Shown here piece after piece: positions 10,554-20,960 of a DNA stretch of 64,000 nt (position 1 is the stretch's first letter; the number at the start of each line of letters is the position of its first letter). This DNA comes from Pyrodictiaceae archaeon (GTDB lineage Archaea > Thermoproteota > Thermoprotei_A > Sulfolobales > Pyrodictiaceae): NCBI GenBank assembly GCA_027036135.1, contig JALVSY010000016.1, positions 32,001 through 96,000 on the forward strand, read 5' to 3'. The notes below the pieces were generated by a model. It did no database searches. It saw nothing but the letters and a program-made list of their open reading frames with translations, and was not told the DNA's origin. Both the position numbers and the translations under genes were made by a program.

Positions 10554-10949
10554 CTATTCCAGGTTTCTCGAAGTCACGCCTCTCTCTATCCGCCTAGCTC
10601 TGAGGGCCTTCACTATATAGTTGAAGGCGCTGTCGGGATCGGTGTGCTTGCCGCAGCTATAGACATCAACTGTAGCGAAGCGGTACTCTGGCCAAGTGTG
10701 AATAGTTATATGGCTCTCAAGGACTATTGCTACTACGCTAACACCTTCTCCTATCTTCCAGCTCTTAACATCTAGCAAGGTCATGTTTCCTATATTTGCT
10801 GCCTCAATAACTATCTCTCTAAGCTTCTCCTCGTCTCTAAGGATATTAGAGTCACACTCGTAAAGATTACCGTAAACATGGCGACCGTATACCTTTGGCT
10901 CCCTGCTTAGCGCCAAAGTCTCCATGTTTCTTAGTGTCGCTGCTTCCAT
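10554..10949 (-). CDS. speH: S-adenosylmethionine decarboxylase proenzyme
   Basis: [23 protein letters not shown] pyruvoyl cleavage motif; [10 protein letters not shown] fits the crenarchaeal AdoMetDC paralog rather than the ArgDC paralog. Confidence 0.92.
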   Translation of the reverse strand: MEAATLRNMETLALSREPKVYGRHVYGNLYECDSNILRDEEKLREIVIEAANIGNMTLLDVKSWKIGEGVSVVAIVLESHITIHTWPEYRFATVDVYSCGKHTDPDSAFNYIVKALRARRIERGVTSRNLE

Positions 10950-11232
10950 AGAACCACCTCCGCTTTTAGGGGGGTCATATTTATAGCCTTTAAGAGTTAC
11001 CCCCGGGGTCTTGAAGAACTCATATTGCTAAATTTATTGCTAGGAAGTACCAGATTCCCTGCTCAGCACTAGATATTGTTCATTACTCTTTCTCGAAGAG
11101 GGTGAAGCCTTATAATCCTCAGGCAATGTAGTTGCAGAGACCTCTACGAGGCTCTCGGGGATAGCTCTAATTATGTTTAGGAAACATTAACCCGTTCTAG
11201 CTCGGAGCCTTGTCTGGGCGGGGACGATACTT

Positions 11233-12021
11233 ATGCAAATATTTACGAAGACGAGCAAAGGCGATGTATCAAGCCATGCTCTTGTAACGAGCCTTGAGGA
11301 GGTCTATGAGGGAGCCCTTAGTTACTTAAACGATGTTGTTGAGCGCACTGGTAGGCCCGGGTTCCGAGTAGCTACTGGTGATTTCCATAAGTCACGTATA
11401 ACGGTGGTCCTTCACCCTATTGGGCCCTCGGCGCTCGCTATATTGCTTGAGGAGCTAGCCCGGCTGGGTACTGATGTTGTGTTGTATCTTGATACTGCTA
11501 CGGCTCTGCTACCAAGGATAGAGATAGGTAGTGTGATTCTCGCTACTGGCGCTATAAAGGGGGATGGAGTCTCTAAGGCGTATGCGCCCTTAGAGGTACC
11601 CGCGATACCGAGCCATGAACTCTTCCACCATGTACAGCAATCGCTTGAGATACACGATGTCAAGACGTTTACGGGAATTGTATGGAGCGTGGACACGTTC
11701 TACCTAAATGGCGGCTTCATGGAGAACTATATAAAGACGTATAGCAGGATAGCAGCGGCAATGGATATGGGCACAGCCACATTATTCACCGTATCCATGG
11801 TTCGGAAGCTTCACGCAGCATCAGTACTAGTAGTTGAGTCAAGCGTGCCTAAAGGCGTTGAGCGTGGAGCTCTCTACTCCGAGGAAGAGACCTATGAATC
11901 ACTTCACAAAAAAGTATTTGATACAATTGATCGCCTAATAAAGCCATTATTAGAGGCACTCGCTCTTCACATGGAGCACGTAAAGGTCTCCAGGCCAGCT
12001 ACTGTGGTAGAGCCAGCCTAG
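11233..12021 (+). CDS. Nucleoside phosphorylase (PNP/UDP family)-like protein with degenerate active site
   Basis: GPSALAILLEEL, IGSVILATGAIKGDGVSKAY and WSVDTFY fold motifs. Confidence 0.75.
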   Translation: MQIFTKTSKGDVSSHALVTSLEEVYEGALSYLNDVVERTGRPGFRVATGDFHKSRITVVLHPIGPSALAILLEELARLGTDVVLYLDTATALLPRIEIGSVILATGAIKGDGVSKAYAPLEVPAIPSHELFHHVQQSLEIHDVKTFTGIVWSVDTFYLNGGFMENYIKTYSRIAAAMDMGTATLFTVSMVRKLHAASVLVVESSVPKGVERGALYSEEETYESLHKKVFDTIDRLIKPLLEALALHMEHVKVSRPATVVEPA

Positions 12022-12056
12022 TAGCACCTAATGATCTATTAGTAAGGTGAGTAACC

Positions 12057-12284
12057 ATGGCTAGGGATAATGTTTTTCGCCTAATAGACGAGAGCATGAG
12101 TATCCTAGACTACATAGAGAGGGAGGTAGGAGAAATAGCTAAGAGCAGTTCACGAGACGAGCCGCCAAGCAAGGGCACCGTCTATTCTTTGTACAGCCTG
12201 GTCGTTAGGCTCAGAGATAAGATATCGGAGCTAAGAGCAGAGATATACAGGGACTACACAGAGTCTAAGTGCAGCAACGACTGA
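12057..12284 (+). CDS. Hypothetical helical protein
   Basis: 75-aa ORF with GGTGA SD, co-directional with its neighbours. Confidence 0.6.
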   Translation: MARDNVFRLIDESMSILDYIEREVGEIAKSSSRDEPPSKGTVYSLYSLVVRLRDKISELRAEIYRDYTESKCSND

Positions 12285-12296
12285 GGCATAAAAGCC

Positions 12297-12959
12297 GTGA
12301 AAGGCACTCCTAAGAAACCCCTATATATAGGCCGTTCAATCTCTAATGCAGCTAGTTTCATTGCTGCCCTTCTCTTCGTACTCATAGTATTCTACTTATA
12401 CTCCTACGGCGGAGAAAAGGGCATCGCCCCGCTCTTATCCCTATGGATTATATACTCGGGAATTGTTGCCTCTTCCATTTACCCGCTCATAAAGTCCTAC
12501 TACTCTGCAACACTAATGCTTATCCATGAATACAAAGTAGGATTGACACGGCCACCTTTCAAACCTCTTAGCGCTATAGCAGTTGTTCTCGCCGCTCCAT
12601 TCACAGCCCCCCTAGTTATTGCCTCTATGAATCATTGGTTGCTTAACGTAATAGAAAGGATCGCTGCGAGAACAAGTATAAGCGTAGAGGAAGTGGCGAG
12701 GGAACTACCTGCATCAATTACCTCGCTAAAACCCTTCGTAATTAGTACAGCTATCCCGATTCTCCAGCCAATAGCGCTGCTCTACTCCTGGCGACAGTTC
12801 CAGTTAGCTCTCTGCGGGCTCTTGAGAGTCCTTACCCGTAAAGGTCTTTGGGACAAGCCATGCACGCCTGATTTCATAGAAATAATGATCTGGGCCCAAC
12901 CTAACAACCTGGCCCTCAACTCTAAGCTCCTCTCTGAAAAGTGGAGCATCAAGGACTAA
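12297..12959 (+). CDS. Hypothetical membrane protein
   Basis: Several hydrophobic segments; 3' end overlaps the convergent dph6. Confidence 0.55.
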   Translation: MKGTPKKPLYIGRSISNAASFIAALLFVLIVFYLYSYGGEKGIAPLLSLWIIYSGIVASSIYPLIKSYYSATLMLIHEYKVGLTRPPFKPLSAIAVVLAAPFTAPLVIASMNHWLLNVIERIAARTSISVEEVARELPASITSLKPFVISTAIPILQPIALLYSWRQFQLALCGLLRVLTRKGLWDKPCTPDFIEIMIWAQPNNLALNSKLLSEKWSIKD

Positions 12960-13517
12960 GGTCTCGGCTTCCCCCCCTTCAAAGGCCGGATTGAATCCGT
13001 AGCGCTTGGCACGAGTTATTATATCCTCGACCAAGTCCTTGTCAAGGACTCGGCCAACAATCCAGCTCGGTAAGCCATACGCTTGCACGCTAACCACCAT
13101 TACCTTGAAATCATCTCTCACAAGGCTCCTCATATACTCCTCTTGGTCGATGCGCCAGAGAGGAGTAAATATCCTCAGCCCAACCTCCTCGGCCGCGGAA
13201 GCAAACCTAAGCCTCTGACAATCACTAAGCAACGCACCCGATACAACTGCTTCACAGCCACGAAGCCGTGCTTCTCTAAACACATTTACAAGTGCAGCCT
13301 CCTCGTCTCTCCCCGCTCGGAGCCTTACGAGTCTTAGCCGAAGCGCTTGCGCCTGTAGCTCCACTAGCCCCGTATACGGGTAATGGAATAACAAGCTATC
13401 CCAGCCACGAGACGGCTCAAGTGTTAGTGCGCAGCAAAGCCTAAACCCATGGAGAACAGCCCAGTGCAATGCATACATGCTATCCTTGCCACCGCTTAGC
13501 ATAGGGCAGGCAATCAT
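12804..13517 (-). CDS. dph6: Diphthine--ammonia ligase
   Basis: SGGKDS PP-loop, TPLWR and FEGGEAETLVLDAPLF. Confidence 0.92.
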   Translation of the reverse strand: MIACPMLSGGKDSMYALHWAVLHGFRLCCALTLEPSRGWDSLLFHYPYTGLVELQAQALRLRLVRLRAGRDEEAALVNVFREARLRGCEAVVSGALLSDCQRLRFASAAEEVGLRIFTPLWRIDQEEYMRSLVRDDFKVMVVSVQAYGLPSWIVGRVLDKDLVEDIITRAKRYGFNPAFEGGEAETLVLDAPLFREELRVEGQVVRLGPDHYFYEIRRAWLVPKTFTGKDSQEPAES

Positions 13518-13609
13518 CCTTACCAGCCACTCAGTGCCACGAGGCCTCTCGCTCCTCGTGGCTGTTATCTATCCACCCCCTTTCTAGAACATTTGTAGGG
13601 TAGTAGAGG

Positions 13610-16600
13610 GTGACTCGATCCAAGAAGGGAGCTAGCAGGACTATAGCAAGCCTAAGGGCGCTAGGCTACGAGGTTGTATTCTGGGAGGAAGAGGGCGAAG
13701 AACCCGAGCAGGTCGATACAACGTTTTCCGAGGTAGTGCCGGAGCTGGTAGGTCACGAGAAGGCAAATTTCCGCCTCTACCGTCACCAGTTCGAGACGCT
13801 CCATGCCCTCGAGAAAGGATACAATGTGATACTGACAGCGCGCACCGGATCCGGGAAGACTGAGGCATGGGCCCTCGCCGCTCTTCGAAACAATTGGCGA
13901 GTACTCGCCATTTATCCAACCCTGGCGCTTGCAGCAGACCAGATTAAGAGGCTTGAGAGCTACTACGAGGGAACAGGTAAGGGGAAAGTTATCAGAGTTG
14001 ATAGACCAAGTCTCGGAAAAAAGCAAGGTGATAAGCTACTAAAGGAACTTGCTACTACGCGCCTCGTGGTAACTAACCCTGCCTTCTTGTTAGCAGAGCT
14101 AAAAAGAATGGCTCTTGCGCCCAACCGGGCCATCTTGGAGGATTTCCTGGCAAGCATAGACCTGGTAGTGGTGGACGAACTAGACTTCTATGGTCCTCGT
14201 AGCGCGCACCTCATACTAGCAATGCTAGATATAATTTCCAAGTATATAGCCGCAGGGCCTCCACGCGTAGTAATATTGTCCGCGACACTTGGCAACCCAG
14301 ATGAACTAGCGTCACTCTTGACAAAAATTACTGGCAGAGAGACAAGGATCATACAAGGTAAGCCGTTCAAGACACCTAATCGCACCATAATAGTGCTTGG
14401 TAAGGGTGTTGACGCGCTCCTCAATTACATAAAAGCATACTCAAGCATAATAGCATCGAGGGCTAAGTGGATACTCGATATAGCTTATGATGAGGAAGAG
14501 TTTCGCGAACACATCTACGAGATCTACGAAGCACTCGAGGCCATAGGTCTTAGGCCTCCAAGGCCGGGAATGGATCATGTCGAAGTACTTCGCGCTATCC
14601 TTGAGTCGGCGGAGGAGGGTATGGTCACACTAGTATTTACGCGGAGCATAAGGATGGCGGAGAAACTATACCGCTCGCTACTTGAGCGCCTCCCACCAGG
14701 TAAGAGGGAGAAGGTGAGAGTACATCATCACCTTGTCTCGAAGAGCCTTAGGGAGCGCATAGAGGACGAGGCACGTAGCGGAAAGATACAGATGATAATA
14801 ACTGTGAGGACTCTTGCCCAGGGAATAGACATAGGTAATGTAAACCGAGTAGTCCACGTTGGTCTACCAATAGATCTACGCGAGTATATGCAGAGAGAGG
14901 GTAGAAAGGGTAGGCGCAAAGACATAGGGGTCTCTGAGACAGTGATTATCCCATCTGGTCTCTGGGACAGAAAGCTCCTCGAGGCAGGTAGCTCTGCTCT
15001 AAGAGAGTGGGTAAGCCTTCACCTAGAGAAACTCTACATTAACCCGGAGAACACTTATGCAGCTATATTCAAAGCCCTATGGAAGCTGCTACGAGGAGTA
15101 CAGCTAGGAAGAGACGAGGTAGAAGCACTTGAGCGTTTCCGCCTCGTAGAGACATATTCTACCCTTGCTGGCGAGCGGCTAGGGCTCAGCGATAAAGGGA
15201 GAAGATTCTGGAACGACATAGGTTTTTACGAGCATGGCCCGCCCTATGGTTATCGCAAGGTACTGATTCGACACGGCGAGGAAAAGCTGCTTCGTGGCGA
15301 GGAGGTTTCTCACCGAGATGCTGTAGAGAAGTATCAGCCCGGCGTCTATGATGCTATGACAGAGGCTCTTGTTGTACGCATCGAGCCACGAGCGCTCCGA
15401 GTATATGAGGAGTACCCCGAGGAGGCTATTGAGGAGTATGAATGGCTTACCCGGGCCTACTATCGCTACGAGGATGTAAAGAAAGCATGGGGGGAACGAC
15501 CATCGTTCAGCGATGACTTGCGCTATGGAAGGATAGGAACCTATGTACTGCTAAACGTTCAGGCACCATTAAATGGCTTCGGAGAGCTAGTAGAGGAGCC
15601 CGTTGACGTTGAGTGGCTCGTTGAGAGTCGCCGTCCAAGGCTCTCGTCTTCTCGTGGCTCGGTAAGAGTATACCATGAAATGGCATCCATAGAGCTCAAT
15701 GCACCCGTTGCTGGAAGGTACCGCGACTATACATATGGCTATGTATTCGAGGCGCCGGGTGATATCTCTGCCGAGGATATAAGGCTCGGACTAGCAGTTC
15801 TCATAGTGTATTTGAGGCTCAGCAAGGAGTACGCTATACCCCTAGGCCTCTTATCTTATCGTGTTGTTAGCGCGGGTTCCATGAAGCTGATCCACCTATG
15901 GGAGAGGGAGGCAGCTGGCCTGCTAGCTAGGATAGATTGGCTAAGCGTTGCACGTGACGTTGAAGAGGCGAGGCTTCCCGGCATTAGCATCCCTCTTGTA
16001 GCGGCAATAGATCCTGTGTCAGCACTGAGGCTTATGAGGGGCGAAGTATCATTGCGGCAAGCGACACGGCTAGCAGCGAGGGTTGCACGCATTCTCGCGG
16101 GTAGCCTAAGAGCCAGGATCAAAGGCCTCGAGATAGAGTATCCCAGGCCGAGTCCAAGACATGGGCTAGCAGCGATATATGCACTATACGAGACCCTAAG
16201 CACCGAAAAGGGCAGCTACGTGGTAACAGCGCTCGCGAGCTACGATGGAGACAAGGTAGAGACAGCGAGTCTCTCAGCACCTTTATCCCTAGATGCCTCC
16301 TCAAAGATATCTCAGATCGTCTTAAGTCACCTAGACAAGCTCCTTAGTAGGAAGATGCGCATAGGCTACTATGGTAGCGAGCAGCGCAACTTACTGCTAA
16401 GACTACTATCGGCAAGCTATAGCGGGGTAATGGTGCTTCGCGGCGCCGAGGCAGAGGGACTACTAGTTGATGTAGCGCAGCTAGCAGGCGAGAAACTAGG
16501 CGATACACCAATCCTCACTTACCTAGAGCCAGGTATTAGGAAGGCGCTTGAGAAAGTAACACGGGCGAAAACCCGTAGAGACATAAACGTCCTCGAGGAA

Positions 16601-16696
16601 GCCTTCCGCGAAGCAGCATCACTAATGGCCAAGGCTATCTACAAGCTATTCCTCGCCCTAGAGAAAGGAGTCATAAGGACTAGCAGAGAAGAGTAA
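13610..16696 (+). CDS. Large SF2 DEAD/DEAH-box helicase (Hrq1/MrfA/SftH-like) with C-terminal extension
   Basis: TGSGKT, YPTLALAADQ, DELD, SAT, TLAQGID and QREGRKGRR motifs. Confidence 0.88.
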   Translation: MTRSKKGASRTIASLRALGYEVVFWEEEGEEPEQVDTTFSEVVPELVGHEKANFRLYRHQFETLHALEKGYNVILTARTGSGKTEAWALAALRNNWRVLAIYPTLALAADQIKRLESYYEGTGKGKVIRVDRPSLGKKQGDKLLKELATTRLVVTNPAFLLAELKRMALAPNRAILEDFLASIDLVVVDELDFYGPRSAHLILAMLDIISKYIAAGPPRVVILSATLGNPDELASLLTKITGRETRIIQGKPFKTPNRTIIVLGKGVDALLNYIKAYSSIIASRAKWILDIAYDEEEFREHIYEIYEALEAIGLRPPRPGMDHVEVLRAILESAEEGMVTLVFTRSIRMAEKLYRSLLERLPPGKREKVRVHHHLVSKSLRERIEDEARSGKIQMIITVRTLAQGIDIGNVNRVVHVGLPIDLREYMQREGRKGRRKDIGVSETVIIPSGLWDRKLLEAGSSALREWVSLHLEKLYINPENTYAAIFKALWKLLRGVQLGRDEVEALERFRLVETYSTLAGERLGLSDKGRRFWNDIGFYEHGPPYGYRKVLIRHGEEKLLRGEEVSHRDAVEKYQPGVYDAMTEALVVRIEPRALRVYEEYPEEAIEEYEWLTRAYYRYEDVKKAWGERPSFSDDLRYGRIGTYVLLNVQAPLNGFGELVEEPVDVEWLVESRRPRLSSSRGSVRVYHEMASIELNAPVAGRYRDYTYGYVFEAPGDISAEDIRLGLAVLIVYLRLSKEYAIPLGLLSYRVVSAGSMKLIHLWEREAAGLLARIDWLSVARDVEEARLPGISIPLVAAIDPVSALRLMRGEVSLRQATRLAARVARILAGSLRARIKGLEIEYPRPSPRHGLAAIYALYETLSTEKGSYVVTALASYDGDKVETASLSAPLSLDASSKISQIVLSHLDKLLSRKMRIGYYGSEQRNLLLRLLSASYSGVMVLRGAEAEGLLVDVAQLAGEKLGDTPILTYLEPGIRKALEKVTRAKTRRDINVLEEAFREAASLMAKAIYKLFLALEKGVIRTSREE

Positions 16697-17522
16697 CCGA
16701 GTCACCTATAACCAAGGACTCGAATAAGCGACGTGCCAGCGCGTTAACAACTATATCAGCTATAGCACCGGGGCCTGCCTCGCCTAGTTCCTCGTAGAGC
16801 CTCCTAACAGCTCCCTCATCTCCCTGGTAGGCTTGTAGCCATAACTCCCTGTAACTTCTTCCCTTTTTCCTCTTCAGCAAGAAGTCGTCCAGCATCCATG
16901 CAAGCAGATACGTTGTCTTCTCAACTCCCGCAGCTAAGCACTGTGTCTCCCTTAGTACAGGTAAGGCTACGCCGAGGCTGAACTCCATCAGCCTAGCAGC
17001 ATCGCGTAGAACAACGTCGTATAGAGACGCGGCCTCTGCGAGGCTGTCGAGCCCTATGCTGATAGAGACTTGTTTCTGTGATGCATCTGGTAACCCAGCC
17101 CAGGATAACCGACCAAGATAGCTAGGCCTAAGCATGTACAACGCGTCATAGAAGTACTTAGCTCCCCTAGGCCCACACAGTCCTAGCAGAGTTCTCGTAG
17201 CGCCCATAACGTGCTCTAAGCCTGGCTCTCTCAGCTTCTCGTAGGAGTACCCAAGACCAGCAGCCTGCAAGGACAGCAGAAGCAGGGAGCCTAGTCCAGG
17301 GTTCCCCCATCTACGCATGGAGCGTACTGCGCGAAACCAGCATCCGCACCAATCACTGCGGTTCTCGTGAGCAGCCCTTGCGCCGTCTCTGCAGCTGCAG
17401 AGACAAGCCTCGTAAGCCAGCGGCGCTAGCGCGGCAAAACCTAAGGGGTCTAGGTCCTTACGGGGCTTCTCGAAGCTAGATAACCCGGGCCTAGGAACAG
17501 CTGCATCCACTATCACGGCCAT
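16680..17522 (-). CDS. CitG-like (triphosphoribosyl-dephospho-CoA synthase family) protein, divergent
   Basis: PRPGL, NPGLG and GPGAIAD correspond to the CitG PKPGL, NTNLG and SPGxxAD motifs. Confidence 0.6.
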   Translation of the reverse strand: MAVIVDAAVPRPGLSSFEKPRKDLDPLGFAALAPLAYEACLCSCRDGARAAHENRSDWCGCWFRAVRSMRRWGNPGLGSLLLLSLQAAGLGYSYEKLREPGLEHVMGATRTLLGLCGPRGAKYFYDALYMLRPSYLGRLSWAGLPDASQKQVSISIGLDSLAEAASLYDVVLRDAARLMEFSLGVALPVLRETQCLAAGVEKTTYLLAWMLDDFLLKRKKGRSYRELWLQAYQGDEGAVRRLYEELGEAGPGAIADIVVNALARRLFESLVIGDSVTLLC

Positions 17523-17563
17523 GCTGCAGGCGTGTGCAAAAGCCTTACAAGTATTGAGTTGTC

Positions 17564-19114
17564 TTACTTTCTCTCCCAGACGAGTTCACCACCAACTATT
17601 GTTGCATTAACTTGTATCCTGGGCAAATGCTCTGCATCAACACCCAGGGGATCGTCTGAGAGGAACACTATGTCGCCGTAACAGCCTGGCTCAAGGCACC
17701 CAGCCCTGGGCTCACCGAGCACTTGGGCCGAGCCAATAGTATAGAGATGCAACGCTGTCTCAACATCAAGTGCCTCGTCACTACTATAAGCTAGTAGTGC
17801 TCCCCGCGTAACAGCTGCGTATACGCCTTCGAGCGGGTTAATGGGCTCCACGGGAGCATCGCTAGAAAAACCAAGCAGTACTCCCTTTGAGAGCATGGTG
17901 CGGAAGGGGTAAAGCCACCTAGCTCTCTCAGCTCCAAGCCTATCGGCAGCCCACCAGTCGCTAACCAGGAACCTGGGCTGAGCAGCAACCCTCACACCAA
18001 GTACAGCCAGCTTCTCAATAATGTCCCTCGGTGCAAGACTAGCGTGCTCTATACGACACCTGCAACCAGCCATCTCGTAGCCGCGGAGAGCCTCGAGAAT
18101 CGCCGCATCACCTATAGCATGGGCGGCAACGTCTAATCGCCACTCTCTAGCCTTCCTAGCTAGGGAATAGACCTCCTCTGCTCTTAACAGCTGTCTCCCA
18201 AAGTTATGCTCGTCATCGCTATAGGGTTGGCGAAGCCATGCAGTCCTGGCCCCGAGGCTACCATCCATGTATATCTTTACGCCTGTTATGCGGAAACGTG
18301 CGCCGCCAAACGAGGGAACGAAGCCAGCCTCGTAGAGTTTCTCGAAAAGACCTCTAGACAAATAAACACGCAGCCTCGGAGCCATTAACCCACTATGCCA
18401 GGCCATTAGCAGGCCCCTCAGCGCATGCTCCTCAACATCCATAGCGCCAGCCATCGTCACCCCATTTCGAATAATCTCGTTCATACCCTCAACAACTAGC
18501 CTAAGCGCATCAAGACTACGAACAGCCTCATGATAAGCCCGCTCAGCAAGCTCCTCATATACTATCCCAGTAGGCTCATCATTGCACCCCCTATCAACTA
18601 GGGGGGAATCAATTCCAAGATACCCAAGAATCTCCATAGCACGTGTATTCAGGACAGCCGCGTGGCCACATACACGCATAAGCACGATAGGCTTGTCGGG
18701 GACAACCTCATCAAGGTCGAACCTAGTAGGCCATGTACCAAGCTTGTCCTGGTCCCAGCCACGCCCAATAACCCAGCCATTAAACCTCCTAGCGCCCTGG
18801 GCAACACGTCTCAGCATCTCTTCAAGACTCTCAACATCGTTTAGCTTAATAGAGTACTTGTAAACACCTATGCCTTGTACGTGAAGATGTGCATCAACAA
18901 ACCCAGGAACACCGATACTATCGAACTCCATTACACGTGGTCTACCGCAGCCGATGGATTGTGCAAGACTCCTACCTATTCTTGCAGCCTCGGTAGCGTC
19001 GCCGGCATAGATGACATAGTCGCCGAGCACAGTGATGGCCTCAGCAAACCTGGTTGGGCGAAATGATGTATAGATTCTCGGTGCTTTAATAACAACAGGG
19101 CACTCGGCAACCAA
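17564..19114 (-). CDS. Amidohydrolase_3 (YtcJ-like) metal-dependent hydrolase
   Basis: PGFVDAHLH, GRGWDQ, KIYMDGSLGARTA, HAIGD, RIEHAS and SSDAP; TTG start at 19114 after GGGG SD. Confidence 0.9.
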   Translation of the reverse strand: MVAECPVVIKAPRIYTSFRPTRFAEAITVLGDYVIYAGDATEAARIGRSLAQSIGCGRPRVMEFDSIGVPGFVDAHLHVQGIGVYKYSIKLNDVESLEEMLRRVAQGARRFNGWVIGRGWDQDKLGTWPTRFDLDEVVPDKPIVLMRVCGHAAVLNTRAMEILGYLGIDSPLVDRGCNDEPTGIVYEELAERAYHEAVRSLDALRLVVEGMNEIIRNGVTMAGAMDVEEHALRGLLMAWHSGLMAPRLRVYLSRGLFEKLYEAGFVPSFGGARFRITGVKIYMDGSLGARTAWLRQPYSDDEHNFGRQLLRAEEVYSLARKAREWRLDVAAHAIGDAAILEALRGYEMAGCRCRIEHASLAPRDIIEKLAVLGVRVAAQPRFLVSDWWAADRLGAERARWLYPFRTMLSKGVLLGFSSDAPVEPINPLEGVYAAVTRGALLAYSSDEALDVETALHLYTIGSAQVLGEPRAGCLEPGCYGDIVFLSDDPLGVDAEHLPRIQVNATIVGGELVWERK

Positions 19115-19294
19115 GCATATAGCCCCACTAATAGATACTATGACAACCCCATATTTTATAACTAAAACGTGGCACTCTGTAAATTGTAAAGCTCCTGGGT
19201 TAGAGCCTAGGCGCCGATATAAGGGGGTAAGTACTGCGCTAATCATTACTCGGTAACTTGAGGACTCAGTACCAATAAATCAAAGTCGCGGTGC

Positions 19295-20347
19295 TTGCCA
19301 TTGCCGCTCTGTATAAGATGTGGTAGAGAAGTACACTACTTGGTTGACGGGCGTTTATGCCCAGAGTGCTATCTAGAACTTTATGGTTTTGGTAAGGCGC
19401 CAAGTGAGATAACAGTAACAATATGTCCTCGTTGCGGGAGCTATAGGTTCCAAGGGAACTGGTACCCCTCTCCCGGCGGGATTGAGGATGTTGTAGCTCT
19501 CGTGTTCCAAGCTGCATTTAAGCCAACAGAGCATACAGAGTACTATCGAGTAAGCAGGGTAGAGATAGACTATGAGAACAATAAGGCGATAGTCACTGTT
19601 ACTGGGAAGCTGAGGGGCGATACAAAGGAGAGATCAGCGACGTATGTCACGCGGCTCATAATAAAGAAGCAATTATGCCCAACCTGTCTAAGAAAAGCCT
19701 CTGGGGCGCCATCAGCTATAATACAAGTTAGGAGCTATTACGGGAAACTAGGCGAAGAAGAACGACTAGCTGTTGAAGATCTGCTAGGAAGCCTTGATAC
19801 AGGTCTACAAGACGCGATAATATCAACTAGCGAGCTCCGCGAAGGCATTGACATAAACCTACTAGACCATAACGCGGCTCGAGTCATAGCAAATAGATTT
19901 AGAAGCCGACTAGGCGCCCTTATCAAGGAGAGCCATAAGCTAATAACGCAGCGCCGAGACGGGAGAAAAGTAACGAGACTCACACTCTCAGTCCGGCTTC
20001 CCTTCTTCGCACCTGGGTCACTAGTTGACTATAAGGGCTCACTTGCAAGAATAGAAGACATAGACAAAGGATACGTGCTACTAAGACCGCTAGGAACTAA
20101 GAAACTGCGCAGACTCAGAGTAGAAGAAGCATGGCGCGTTCTCAGCGAGCCAAAAGAGCTAGAGAAAACCAATGTGGTAGTAACAGCGCTTGAGCCTGGA
20201 TGGGTACATGTACAAGAACTCAGCGGCGCCTATAACTATCTAGAGCTACCACGCTCAGATATCATACTGGAGGGTGATGTTAGGCCGGGAAAAGATGCGC
20301 TCCTCATAAAATTCCGGGACAAGTACTATATAATCCCACGTGACTAA
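19295..20347 (+). CDS. nmd3: 60S ribosomal export protein NMD3 homolog
   Basis: CxxC repeats (CIRCG, CPEC, CPRCG, CPTC), AIIQVR and RLTLSVRLP. Confidence 0.9.
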   Translation: MPLPLCIRCGREVHYLVDGRLCPECYLELYGFGKAPSEITVTICPRCGSYRFQGNWYPSPGGIEDVVALVFQAAFKPTEHTEYYRVSRVEIDYENNKAIVTVTGKLRGDTKERSATYVTRLIIKKQLCPTCLRKASGAPSAIIQVRSYYGKLGEEERLAVEDLLGSLDTGLQDAIISTSELREGIDINLLDHNAARVIANRFRSRLGALIKESHKLITQRRDGRKVTRLTLSVRLPFFAPGSLVDYKGSLARIEDIDKGYVLLRPLGTKKLRRLRVEEAWRVLSEPKELEKTNVVVTALEPGWVHVQELSGAYNYLELPRSDIILEGDVRPGKDALLIKFRDKYYIIPRD

Positions 20348-20392
20348 ATAAAACCCTCAGCTAGAGGGACATAATTCACGCTAACCCACGAG

Positions 20393-20734
20393 CTACATAA
20401 CGCCGTGAACTTCTCGTATCCTCTGCCTCTCCTCCTCAAGCTTCTGGAGCACTCTCTGAACCTTCTCCTGAGGCAGCTCCTCCTCCCTATCCCTCCTATC
20501 ATCAATAGTCACCAACGTAACTATCCTCGTCACACCCATGCTATAGAGCTCGTCGTGAATCTTCCGAACAATGACCCCGATCTCGCTTAGGTCACGTACC
20601 TGGACAACAGTATTATCAGGGGTAACAATGGGCTTATACCCATTCTCCTCGAGCAGGGCAACGACCCGCGCAATATACCTGGAAAGGCTTGTACCAACAC
20701 CAACTGGTATAACCTTTATAGAAACCGTTGGCAA
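20393..20734 (-). CDS. MTH1187/YqgV thiamine-binding family protein
   Basis: SIKVIPVG.GTSLSRYIA and RIVTLVTIDDRRD. Confidence 0.85.
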   Translation of the reverse strand: MPTVSIKVIPVGVGTSLSRYIARVVALLEENGYKPIVTPDNTVVQVRDLSEIGVIVRKIHDELYSMGVTRIVTLVTIDDRRDREEELPQEKVQRVLQKLEEERQRIREVHGVM

Positions 20735-20893
20735 CCAGGAACCCCGAATACTATAATTAGGATAACAACCCCGGCTAAAAAGAAGACCCTGGACAATGCT
20801 TAAGAAGTATTCTTATAGACAGGTGGCACCATCACCTCCGTAAACATAAATATAGATAATCTAGCCGATACTGGATAAATGTAGTGGTGTCCC

Positions 20894-20960
20894 ATGCTGA
20901 CTACAGCCGAGGCCGAGCCCCTCCGAGGAGAGGGGATATGCGGTACAACACCTAGGCTGA
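20894..20960 (+). ncRNA. Degenerate box C/D guide sRNA (candidate sRNA-1)
   Basis: C-like ATGCTGA 20894-20900, 12-nt guide CTACAGCCGAGG, D' CCGA, internal hairpin CCCCTC/GAGGGG, weak C', 12-nt guide ACAACACCTAGG, D box CTGA 20957-20960. Confidence 0.6.
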
